UHGV virus genome: UHGV-2156197
DNA: 40,124 nucleotides
Source of the DNA: a virus
Reading direction: 5' to 3' (one strand)
Each line of letters starts with the position of its first letter. Position 1 is the stretch's first letter. The position numbers and the translations under genes are program-made. Shown in pieces: positions 27,476 through 35,349 of the stretch. Below the pieces are notes generated by a model. That model saw only the letters and a program-made list of their open reading frames with translations, was not told the origin of the DNA and searched no databases.

Positions 27476-28158
27476 GCCGCCTGCCCCCCTGCAATATGTT
27501 CAGCCCACAAACCACCAATCCAGCGTACTCCCCTGGCAGTGAAACGCGTCTGGCTGAATGCGTGATTGGATGTGCTCGATGTTCCCGTCTTAACTTCAAA
27601 TCTTCCCGCGGAAATGTGCTGCGCCATGGGGGTAAGTGTGCCGCCGAGGCGATACAGGATATTGCGTTCAATAAGGAACAGACGAAACTCAGTTTCTTTT
27701 GCGTTGAGCAATTTGGCTACCTGCCGGAATGACATGGAGCCTTTTGCAGAGCAATAACGATCAACAAACTCCACTTTTGGCGCCGCGGCTGCCAGCTGGA
27801 TGGTCAGTTGCTCTTTCTGCTCGGCTAAATCAGCAGCCAGGCGAAGCGCTTCCGGCAATGAGCGGGGAACACTGACACTCTGCCCTTCTTCCAGTTCCTG
27901 CCAGCGATCGACGACCGCGGCGGTAAATTCAGGAGACAGTCTGGCAACAATCACCAGAGAGTCGCGTTTGTTAAAACGATACTCCTGGTACACATTACCG
28001 TTATGCTCAAAATCGAACTGCGCCAACGGCGCGGTTAAAATTCCCGCAGCAACAAGACGCTCAGCCGAGCGTTTCACGTCACTGTGTTTACTTTGAACCA
28101 GATCCGCAATATCACGGCTGGACATTGTTACTACACCATTCACGATTAACTGGCTCAT
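27472..28158 (-). CDS. Rha-family regulatory protein / antirepressor with KilA-C domain
   Basis: N-terminal Rha-like MSQLIVNGVVTMSSRDIADL...; C-terminal KilA-C-like RQVAKLL...ERNILYR; start trimmed to ATG 28158 with GGAG SD. Confidence 0.65.
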   Translation of the reverse strand: MSQLIVNGVVTMSSRDIADLVQSKHSDVKRSAERLVAAGILTAPLAQFDFEHNGNVYQEYRFNKRDSLVIVARLSPEFTAAVVDRWQELEEGQSVSVPRSLPEALRLAADLAEQKEQLTIQLAAAAPKVEFVDRYCSAKGSMSFRQVAKLLNAKETEFRLFLIERNILYRLGGTLTPMAQHISAGRFEVKTGTSSTSNHAFSQTRFTARGVRWIGGLWAEHIAGGQAA

Positions 28159-28171
28159 ACTTTTCTCCATA

Positions 28172-28558
28172 TCAGGCGGCTGCACCCGCCGGTTCATATC
28201 TGCTGATCGTTATCTCTACCCGACCTTTCGGCACAACGGGTCCCCATTCCACCAGCATGCGCTTAATCTGGCTGTCGTCTTCCCAGACACCCGCATGCGT
28301 CAGCGCGTCAAACAGGGCTTTGTTGTAATTATCGATATCCCGACGGCGCGCATCCGGCGGGTACAGAGTGATTTCTACCGCTGCCAGTTCAGTCGATGGC
28401 TTCGGGAGACGTCGTAATTGCTCAATGATCGCCACGCAGGCAGCGCTCTGGTATTTACGACCATCAGCGCTAATGAGGTGACGACCGGCCAGCGGCCCCT
28501 TGTTAGGGGCGCGCCAGTAAGTGTTCACGCTCGGAGGGAACGGGAGCACAAGTTTCAT
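28172..28558 (-). CDS. rusA: crossover junction endodeoxyribonuclease RusA
   Basis: MKLVLPFPPSVNTYWR...RRDIDNYNKALFDALTHAGVWEDDSQI matches the RusA family; AGGAGGTG SD before ATG 28558. Confidence 0.85.
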   Translation of the reverse strand: MKLVLPFPPSVNTYWRAPNKGPLAGRHLISADGRKYQSAACVAIIEQLRRLPKPSTELAAVEITLYPPDARRRDIDNYNKALFDALTHAGVWEDDSQIKRMLVEWGPVVPKGRVEITISRYEPAGAAA

Positions 28559-30489
28559 GCCACCTCCTGCTGTTGCACTGCACACAGTTCCGGAAGATTT
28601 GCCTCAACCAGCGCCCGGGCGAATGGTGGTGGTACCGCATTACCGCAGCGGGCTACCTGCTTATCTTTTGCATAGCGATTTCCACGGTAGTCCTGATCAA
28701 TAACGTAACCATCCGGGAAGCCCTGCGCTTTGTAGAGTTCATGCGGCTGCAACATGCGCATTCCGATATCAACGATCTGGTATTTAACCCCATCGATCGT
28801 TACCAGCCATTCATCGTCACTTTCCCCGCAATACGTCTCGAGAAATGTGCGTACCTCACCCACGTGTTGGCCACCAGCAGTGATTGTTGGCATTGGCACA
28901 TCAAGGCGTTGCCCGTCGCGGCATGTTCCACGCAGTTTCACCAGATGAGAGGCAACTACCGCATGATGGTCGACAGTGGTCACTGAATGCGCGGGTTCAT
29001 CCATACTGACACCCGGCCCCGTATAGTTACCGCCGTAGTGTTTCGCCAGGAATGCGCTCACCGTCGCAAATTTATTTCCGCCTGCAGTAACGGTCCCCAG
29101 CGGGTTATCCAGTCGCAGCACACGCGGTTCTTGTCCAGGTCGTTCGCCATAACCCATCTGAATCAGCGTAGGCGTTACCAGTTGAGATTTACCGCCACCA
29201 CCAGCGGTGATGGTTGCGCTCGGTTCGTCTGCACGGTGGCCGACGCTGGCCCCAAACTGGCGGGCTATCACTGGCGCAACAAGACAGGCTCGGGATTGCT
29301 TCAGAATGGTATGAGCAGGTTTATTCAGCGGGCGCGGTTTAGCCTGGTATTCACTACCACCATTACCCGCCAGGAATGGTGTCAATGCAGCCTCAACAAT
29401 CCCGAGAGCATGCCCGTTCCCGCCCGGGCGTTTTGACGTGCCAGCGGTTACCGTCGGAACAGGTTCGGTAACGGGCTGCCCGGTTGCGCCAGTGCGGAAT
29501 TTTGTAAGGTGTGGAACGGCTAACGCGTAGCCGAGTTTTTTAGTAATGGTCTGTAATGGCTCATTCAGTGACTGTCCGCGAAAAGCGTCATACGCATTTT
29601 TTGAGCTCGTGTGGTTGCACTTCACGATAAACGGCGACGCACTTTCGATAACAAAGCGCTGTATGCCGCGTGCGATCCGCTTCAGAGTGTTCTCTGCCAG
29701 CGGTTTTTTGCGGTCGAAGATGGACAGAGCCGGAACATTCCAGTCGATACATTCCGCAGCGGTACGCCATGGCATCAGCCTGCCGCTCTGCACCTCCAGT
29801 GACTTGGGATCCCCATGGGTTACAACAGGCCACTGAATAGGGCAACCATCGCAGCGCATAACCATGAAGAAGCGTTTGCGGATCGTCGGCGCGCCGTAAT
29901 CACACGCGCGCAGTTCGCGATAATCAACATCATATCCAAGCCCTTCCACCAGCTGTTTGGCCTGCGTGCTGCCAGGATCAATAGCAAGAAATTCGCAGAC
30001 CTCCGCCAGTGCCGGGTGATCGGCAGGAATGCCAGTGGAAAGCATGCCGACAAAAGCATTGAATGTTTCGCCAGTGCGGGCAGGGTCTGGACGCATTTCA
30101 TCGGCCAGCAGCGGTCCCCACGTTTTAAACTCTTCCACGTTCTCCAGCATCATCACGCGCGGTCGCTTCGCCAGTGCCCAACGCAGAACGATCCAGGCCA
30201 GACCGCGTATCTCTTTTTTCACAGGCTTTGCGCCTTTGGCCTTTGAGAAGTGTCGGCAGTCCGGGCTAAACCATGCCAGGCCAACAGGATTGCCGCCGGT
30301 GGCGGCTACCGGATCCACGTCAAATACGGATTCACAGTAATGCAGTGTGTCAGGGTGGTTCGTCTTGTGCATCGCAATGGCGTTTTCGTCGTGGTTGATC
30401 GCAATATCCACGCTGCGTCCGATCGCCAGTTCAATACCCGTTGATGCACCACCGCCACCAGCAAAGTTATCAACGATAATCTCACGCAT
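28555..30489 (-). CDS. DNA (cytosine-5)-methyltransferase, unusually long, with repeated target-recognition-like segments
   Basis: 644 aa; motif I FAGGGG, motif IV SPDCRHFS, motif VI ENV, motif X GNAV; four TxTAGG repeats in the variable region. Confidence 0.85.
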   Translation of the reverse strand: MREIIVDNFAGGGGASTGIELAIGRSVDIAINHDENAIAMHKTNHPDTLHYCESVFDVDPVAATGGNPVGLAWFSPDCRHFSKAKGAKPVKKEIRGLAWIVLRWALAKRPRVMMLENVEEFKTWGPLLADEMRPDPARTGETFNAFVGMLSTGIPADHPALAEVCEFLAIDPGSTQAKQLVEGLGYDVDYRELRACDYGAPTIRKRFFMVMRCDGCPIQWPVVTHGDPKSLEVQSGRLMPWRTAAECIDWNVPALSIFDRKKPLAENTLKRIARGIQRFVIESASPFIVKCNHTSSKNAYDAFRGQSLNEPLQTITKKLGYALAVPHLTKFRTGATGQPVTEPVPTVTAGTSKRPGGNGHALGIVEAALTPFLAGNGGSEYQAKPRPLNKPAHTILKQSRACLVAPVIARQFGASVGHRADEPSATITAGGGGKSQLVTPTLIQMGYGERPGQEPRVLRLDNPLGTVTAGGNKFATVSAFLAKHYGGNYTGPGVSMDEPAHSVTTVDHHAVVASHLVKLRGTCRDGQRLDVPMPTITAGGQHVGEVRTFLETYCGESDDEWLVTIDGVKYQIVDIGMRMLQPHELYKAQGFPDGYVIDQDYRGNRYAKDKQVARCGNAVPPPFARALVEANLPELCAVQQQEVA

Positions 30490-31363
30490 GGGTTACCCCC
30501 TGCATGCTGCCAACAAGACCACGCGCAATTGTGATAATTTCGCTGGTGGCCGTTCGTTCCAGCCAGAGTTGATTGATGTTGGCTTTCAGTTTGTTCTGCT
30601 GGGCCTCGCTCAATACATCAACGCCTTCCACCTGGTTAAACACCAGACCAACCTCGAGAGGCCAAATTCGTGACTCAGTTTCCGGTGTTGCTGCTGGTTC
30701 CTTAGCTGCCTGCATTGCAATTGTTTGCTCTTTACCAACGGCGAATTGAGCCAAAGCCATAAACGCCCGCCCTTTTTCTTCCAGTTCGGTACGGCTGATG
30801 TAGCTGAAACGCTCTCCGCGCCATGACTTATCAAAGATTGCAATAGCACCAGCAAAGAAAGCACCAGTGGGCTTCTGCTTATCATCAGCAGGAACAAACC
30901 ACACAGGGAGATCGAAGCCAATACGACCGCGGATAAACATGATGTGATCGGCATCTTCCGGCCACCATGTTTCACTTGTCGCCGCTTTAATGAGGAACAC
31001 GTAACGCCCACTCTTTTCACGCATTTCCATTGTGCGATCCATGATGTGGGTCATGCCGGTTATCGCCTGTTTCTCGTGGTACTGCGAACGGCTATATGGT
31101 GGATTACCGAATGCGGCCCCGCCGATTGATTCCAGCATTTCCGCCCAATCTTGTACCAGCGCGTTATCTTCGGCGGTGTACCACACAGGGCACTTAGCGT
31201 TATCGTCATCAGCAAAGAGATCCAGCGTCAGCGGGCCGAACATCGCATTAATGCCCCAAAAAAGCAGGTCCGGTGTCCGCCACTGATCGCCAACTTCTTT
31301 CAATTCGTGGGCTGGTTGGCTACGTAGTGCCACCAGCGCCTGGCAATATTTGTTTAACGTCAT
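30482..31363 (-). CDS. phage-type DNA N6-adenine methyltransferase (Dam family)
   Basis: 293 aa; WRTPDLLF and GNPPY motifs; about 100-aa C-terminal extension. Confidence 0.75.
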   Translation of the reverse strand: MTLNKYCQALVALRSQPAHELKEVGDQWRTPDLLFWGINAMFGPLTLDLFADDDNAKCPVWYTAEDNALVQDWAEMLESIGGAAFGNPPYSRSQYHEKQAITGMTHIMDRTMEMREKSGRYVFLIKAATSETWWPEDADHIMFIRGRIGFDLPVWFVPADDKQKPTGAFFAGAIAIFDKSWRGERFSYISRTELEEKGRAFMALAQFAVGKEQTIAMQAAKEPAATPETESRIWPLEVGLVFNQVEGVDVLSEAQQNKLKANINQLWLERTATSEIITIARGLVGSMQGVTHA

Positions 31364-32217
31364 CCTCTGAACCCCTCTGGAATCGTTGTTTCAACCGGAC
31401 CAAAAGCCATCACATCGCGCTTTTTCGCTCCCCAGTCAGCACGTTTAGGCCGTCCCTTCTGCTCCCAGCGGGTAGCGCTTTGCAGATAGCTCTCGAATTT
31501 CTTCGGGCCAAACAGCGTTTCCGGTCGCATGTACTGGTACTGCTCGTCGTTCTCGTGCCAGTGCTCATGCTTCAGGTCGATAACAAGTTGCAGGTCTGCA
31601 ACGCTGTATCCCTCACGCAGTCGGGCACGGATGTTCTCCAGGGATGTTTTTGATTTCTGATACCGGGATCCGCTGATTTGGTTCAAATGGGTCAGAACCA
31701 AAATTGCCTGATCAGTAATCACGACTTCAGGGTCTGGTTGCGCCGCAACCGGACAAGAGGGTTTTGAAGTTACTTGTGGATCTTGTTTTGATTTTACTGA
31801 CGGATCCCCGCCAGATTCTGACGGGTCAAAACCGCCGTTTTTGCCAGATTTCGACGGGTCAGTTTTTGAGGCGTCAAAATTTGATGCGTCAGATTTTGAC
31901 GTGTCAGAATCTGACAGTTGAGAAAATGCGGCAGCCTGAAGTTTCGCCACATTCAGGCGGTACACGTTCGACGCATTACGGTTACCATTACGGCGCTGTG
32001 TACGCGTGAGCCAGCCATCTTTTTCAAGCTTTGCGATTGCCGTTCTGATCGTGCTCGGCCCTGCGCCAAGCTGGCGAGCAATAGTTTCAATGGACGGCCA
32101 GCACACTCCCTCATCGCTGCTGAAATCAGCGAGGCGAGCCATGATCGCGACACTAGACAACTTCATGCCCGACGCCGCGCAACCATCCCATACGTAGCCG
32201 GTTAATTTAGTGCTCAT
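31360..32217 (-). CDS. replication initiator / replisome organizer (O-like)
   Basis: 285 aa; N-terminal HTH, low-complexity SD/SK linker, C-terminal conserved phage replication domain (LVLTHLNQISGSRYQ...); iterons inside the gene. Confidence 0.7.
   Translation of the reverse strand: MSTKLTGYVWDGCAASGMKLSSVAIMARLADFSSDEGVCWPSIETIARQLGAGPSTIRTAIAKLEKDGWLTRTQRRNGNRNASNVYRLNVAKLQAAAFSQLSDSDTSKSDASNFDASKTDPSKSGKNGGFDPSESGGDPSVKSKQDPQVTSKPSCPVAAQPDPEVVITDQAILVLTHLNQISGSRYQKSKTSLENIRARLREGYSVADLQLVIDLKHEHWHENDEQYQYMRPETLFGPKKFESYLQSATRWEQKGRPKRADWGAKKRDVMAFGPVETTIPEGFRG
31798..31921. repeat. origin-like iteron array inside the replication initiator gene
   Basis: Seven copies of TGAYGNGTCA-like 10-mer (31798, 31819, 31852, 31867, 31882, 31897, 31912); last five at exact 15-bp phasing; AT-rich tract just downstream. 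Confidence 0.6.
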
Positions 32218-32226
32218 GATCGTCCG

Positions 32227-32553
32227 TTATCTCCCTGAACTTTTGCCTGAAATGCTCAAGTGGGCTGAAGCATTCGTGCGGGTAGCCATCACGCAGGTAG
32301 ATAACGCGTTGTGTTTCTGGTTCCCAGCGGATAACACGGACAGACACTCCGCGGTGGTCTTTGAACCTTCGGTTAAGTTCGCGCACAGGCGTTTTGCCCT
32401 CCGGTTATAGACCCCCACAATTGAAACCGCCCTACTGTGGTTACACGGAACCCAGCGGTTTGATAATCTGCGTTCATACCGAAACAACGGAGTACCCGAA
32501 ACCGGGATCATCCTGAGTTGCGGTAGACGGTTAAAAGCCGTTAAACTGCTCAT
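32227..32553 (-). CDS. hypothetical protein (weak call)
   Basis: 108 codons from ATG 32553 with GGAG 11 nt upstream, co-oriented in the pR operon; composition not very protein-like. Confidence 0.25.
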   Translation of the reverse strand: MSSLTAFNRLPQLRMIPVSGTPLFRYERRLSNRWVPCNHSRAVSIVGVYNRRAKRLCANLTEGSKTTAECLSVLSAGNQKHNALSTCVMATRTNASAHLSISGKSSGR

Positions 32554-32558
32554 GCGGA

Positions 32559-33110
32559 TTATTTCTCCATACTCGAAGAGTTGTTCGCCAAGGCGCCCGG
32601 AGCTGCACACTCGCGGGCGTCACTCTTTTCAGCGACACAAAAAACTCGATAAAGAAGCGTTACGTGCTCCTGGAACTTCGCGATAACCTGATAGCTGTTT
32701 TCCTCAATCTGAGCACGCTCATCTGCGTCAATTACCCCATCAGCCGTGGCTTTACGTACAAAATTAGAATGACGACCTATCCATTCAATGGACTCCATCA
32801 GGCGCTGGTTTATATCGGCGTTATCCAGATCATCAACGTCTGCCAGCGGTACAAATACGCCCTGAGAATGGCGCGCAACGGCATCAGCAATATGAGTTGA
32901 ACCACCAGCACGTTGTAAAACCATTGCCCAGCCCAGCGGGAAGATTTGGTCGCCGTCAACACGAAGGCGGTTGAACAATGCGTTCTCTGTCACGCCCAAC
33001 CATTCCGCCGCCTCGGCATAACCACCAGGAAGATCGGTGATCGTTTTTTTTATCGCCGCCACCAGCCAGGCTGGCTGACGTTCGACTTTCCAAATAGGTT
33101 CGTTACCCAC
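32559..33110 (-). CDS. CII-like regulatory protein
   Basis: 183 aa, HTH-like segment; first gene after cro-like; GTG start with GGGGGGAG SD; family assignment uncertain. Confidence 0.45.
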   Translation of the reverse strand: MGNEPIWKVERQPAWLVAAIKKTITDLPGGYAEAAEWLGVTENALFNRLRVDGDQIFPLGWAMVLQRAGGSTHIADAVARHSQGVFVPLADVDDLDNADINQRLMESIEWIGRHSNFVRKATADGVIDADERAQIEENSYQVIAKFQEHVTLLYRVFCVAEKSDARECAAPGALANNSSSMEK

Positions 33111-33120
33111 AGCTCCCCCC

Positions 33121-33348
33121 TTATTCCTGTGGTTTGAGTTTTACTGAAGCATCGCTACGCTTTTCGTAAAGGTCGGGATGAAAAACCAATTTCCCCCCGG
33201 TTCGATATGCTGCTTCAGCTGCACGCCCTTTTGGGATAAGGCGACCAGTTCTATTACGCCACTGGTAAACAGCCTCGCTTGTGATTCCAAAAAATTCGGC
33301 AACCTTCTCAGTACTGCCGAAGTAGTTTTCAATATCATCGGTTGTCAT
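33121..33348 (-). CDS. Cro-like HTH repressor (YdaS-like)
   Basis: 75 aa; HTH FGSTEKVAEFFGITSEAVYQW; divergent from cI-like gene; AAGGAGG SD. Confidence 0.7.
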   Translation of the reverse strand: MTTDDIENYFGSTEKVAEFFGITSEAVYQWRNRTGRLIPKGRAAEAAYRTGGKLVFHPDLYEKRSDASVKLKPQE

Positions 33349-33356
33349 AACGCCTC

Positions 33357-33424
33357 CTTAGCTAAGTTTGATTAGATATTAATAACCAATCTAACTTTGG
33401 TCAATAAAAACTAAGATTGCTTAG
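33357..33424. promoter_or_regulatory. right operator region with three CTAAG-type operator sites
   Basis: CTAAG-TTTG-ATTAG (33362-33375), CTAAC-TTTG-GTCAA (33391-33404), perfect CTAAG-ATTG-CTTAG (33411-33424); plus palindrome CTTAGCTAAG 33357-33366. Confidence 0.5.
33376..33404 (-). promoter_or_regulatory. pR-like promoter for the cro-like operon
   Basis: Minus-strand -35 TTGACC (33404-33399), 17-bp spacer, -10 TAATAT (33381-33376); overlapped by operator sites. Confidence 0.5.
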
Positions 33425-33444
33425 CCTTTTAATTTATTTATGGT
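33416..33444 (+). promoter_or_regulatory. pRM-like promoter giving a leaderless cI-like mRNA
   Basis: -10 TATGGT (33439-33444) ends 6 nt before ATG 33451 and no SD is present; weak -35 ATTGCT inside the perfect operator. Confidence 0.4.
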
Positions 33445-33450
33445 GTTCAA

Positions 33451-34077
33451 ATGGAAACTGTCGGTCAGCGCATCAAAGCTCTCAGGCGCATAACCAAAAC
33501 CTCGCAGAAAGAACTGGGTAAGTTCTGCGGTGTTAGTGATGTGGCGGTTGGGTATTGGGAAAAAGACGTTAATGTGCCTGGAGGCGAGTCACTTGCGAAA
33601 CTTGCAAAGTATTTCAACACATCAATTGATTACATACTTTATGGCACTGAATTTGAAGGCAATCTGATAACCAAGATGCGAAGGATTCCGGTGATATCCT
33701 GGGTTCAGGCTGGACAGTTTACAGAATGTAAAGCAGCAGAAGTTTTCAGCGAAGTAGATAAGTGGATAGAGACATCACTCCGCATAGGGGATAGCTCCTT
33801 TGCATTGGAGGTTAAAGGTGATTCGATGACAAACCCTAATGGCCTCCCGACAATCCCTGAAGGGGCAACAGTCATAGTAGATCCAGATGCAGAGCCACTT
33901 CATGGAAAGATAGTCGTAGCCAGGCTTGATGGGACAAACGAGGCTACTGTAAAAAAACTTGTCATCGATGGGCCTCAAAAGTTCTTAGTTCCCTTAAATC
34001 CACGCTATCCAAACATTTCAATTAACGGTAATTGCCTGATCATCGGCGTTGTCAAAGGCGTTCAGTACGAGCTTTAA
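33451..34077 (+). CDS. CI-like repressor (XRE HTH plus S24 LexA-like autopeptidase domain)
   Basis: 208 aa; N-terminal HTH; C-terminal GDSM...KK catalytic Ser/Lys dyad of S24 peptidases. Confidence 0.85.
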   Translation: METVGQRIKALRRITKTSQKELGKFCGVSDVAVGYWEKDVNVPGGESLAKLAKYFNTSIDYILYGTEFEGNLITKMRRIPVISWVQAGQFTECKAAEVFSEVDKWIETSLRIGDSSFALEVKGDSMTNPNGLPTIPEGATVIVDPDAEPLHGKIVVARLDGTNEATVKKLVIDGPQKFLVPLNPRYPNISINGNCLIIGVVKGVQYEL

Positions 34078-34107
34078 CCCACCTCTAACCTTCCTCTTAA
34101 CATCAAG

Positions 34108-34160
34108 CTAAGAATAGTTTGGTGTTTTTTCTTGATCTAAAAGCTAAGTTAAGTTAGATT
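34108..34160 (+). promoter_or_regulatory. OL/pL-like operator-promoter
   Basis: CTAAG operator-like sites at 34108-34112 and 34144-34157 (CTAAGTTAAGTTAG, 13/16 identical to the 33362 operator); -35 TTGATC (34132-34137), 17-bp spacer, -10 TAGATT (34155-34160). Confidence 0.45.
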
Positions 34161-34165
34161 TTATT

Positions 34166-35349
34166 CATCAACAGCGAACAGGCAGGACGCCCACGAAGTA
34201 GCCGCCGGTGGCATATGAATAACCGGATGATTCGCTGACAGGTGTCTTCGGGAGGGGTAACAGAGGCGCGGCCTGATTAACCGCAACTCGTAGTCAAATT
34301 CCTATAGCTGGTGGCGATACCCAAGCCAGGAATACCAAAACCAGCAGGAGTGTTAAGGGCAAGGGCTAATCACCCCCTTAGCACCCCGCCCGAAGATACC
34401 TACCACCGCGCCTGATGTGGTTAAAAGCAGGCCAAAGCAATAACAAGTAACTCCCTGTTCTGGCGGCCCGGTGTTTTCCCGTTTGTCCGGTAACCGCCAG
34501 CCTTTTTCAGGGAAGATCAGCCGGTCATGGTAAGCATCTCGCAGGATGCTTACCGGGACTGGAAGAGTTACCACTTGGAGACGGTCCTTATAAATGTCCT
34601 GGAGAGTGGCGCTGACGACGGAGCGATAACCGAAGGTTGTATGCCCAACTGGAGGCATTGACTACCTAGAAAGATGGGGAGCATGAAAGGCTAAAGGGGC
34701 GGCTCTTTCATGGTGATCCCGCCCAGTTGGTGAAAAGTCGTGATGCGTCTTCATTCCAACCATGCTGGCTGTAAGGTCAGCACACAACGATGAGAGCATT
34801 GACGAGCAAGGCATAACGGCAGGTTCAATCCCTGCCACCGCTATACAGATAGCGGTGATGGGCAACGAAAAGGTCCGTTCAATTCGGATACCGGCAGTGC
34901 TCTCTTCGTTGTGGTGAATGGCGGGGCTGACCGTCAAACGGTTGAGAAAAGATAAGCAGGCGAAACGTTCTAAGCGAGCATACGGACTGATCGAACGCGG
35001 ATGGAACGGGCGGTTACGATATTGAAACACCGCGCCACTGAGCTGGAGTTCAGCACCAGCAACCACAACCAAATCACGCTGAGGACTGTGATAACCGTAG
35101 TTCCATGTGTGTAGTCTTGGCGGTACCTGGGCCTTCAACCTTATGCAAGGGGGACGAAGATAATGTTCTACCTCGGTACCGCCCTTTTTACGCAACAGAA
35201 AAGAGCATCACCGGGCGACGGGCTCATAACCCAATCCACCCGGGCAAAAAGAAAGCGGTCCCTGCAAGCCGCCGACCAATGCAGGTGCTCTTCTCTGTTG
35301 TGTATGGAGAAAGTTCGGCGGTTGCAGCCGCCTTAACGAGGGTAAAACC
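34166..35349 (+). other. ORF-free, hairpin-rich leader of the early-left operon (candidate structured RNA / antitermination region)
   Basis: No plus-strand ORF of 60 aa or more in the track; stops frequent in all frames; perfect 10-bp hairpin 34529-34554, interleaved stems 34682-34724, twin hairpins 34818-34857, terminator-like stem plus T-run 35120-35189. Confidence 0.3.

Noticed and set aside
23843-28585. Long N-terminal extensions in track ORFs (Rz from 24484, RusA from 28585, antirepressor from 28197, HNH from 21426)
   Set aside because: Track starts are upstream GTG/TTG codons overlapping the preceding gene; internal ATG/GTG starts with SD or stop-start coupling fit known family N-termini better.
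32210-32410. Plus-strand ORF divergent from the replication gene start
   Set aside because: GTG-initiated in the track, antisense within the pR operon, shares the palindromic TCATGA with the initiator start; no promoter or SD seen.
34353-35195. Minus-strand ORFs 34353-34658 and 34662-35195 in the pL leader
   Set aside because: Arg/His/Pro/Cys-rich junk-like composition, antisense to the predicted pL transcript, no SD; treated as chance ORFs in GC-rich non-coding DNA, though this is what makes the region interesting.
34166-35349. Group II intron, tRNA or tmRNA in the ORF-free region
   Set aside because: No domain V-like AGC...GTACGG element, no GTGYG 5' end, and T-arm-like hairpins (GGCAGG-TTCAATC-CCTGCC) lack matching acceptor stems or CCA context; cannot be supported by eye.
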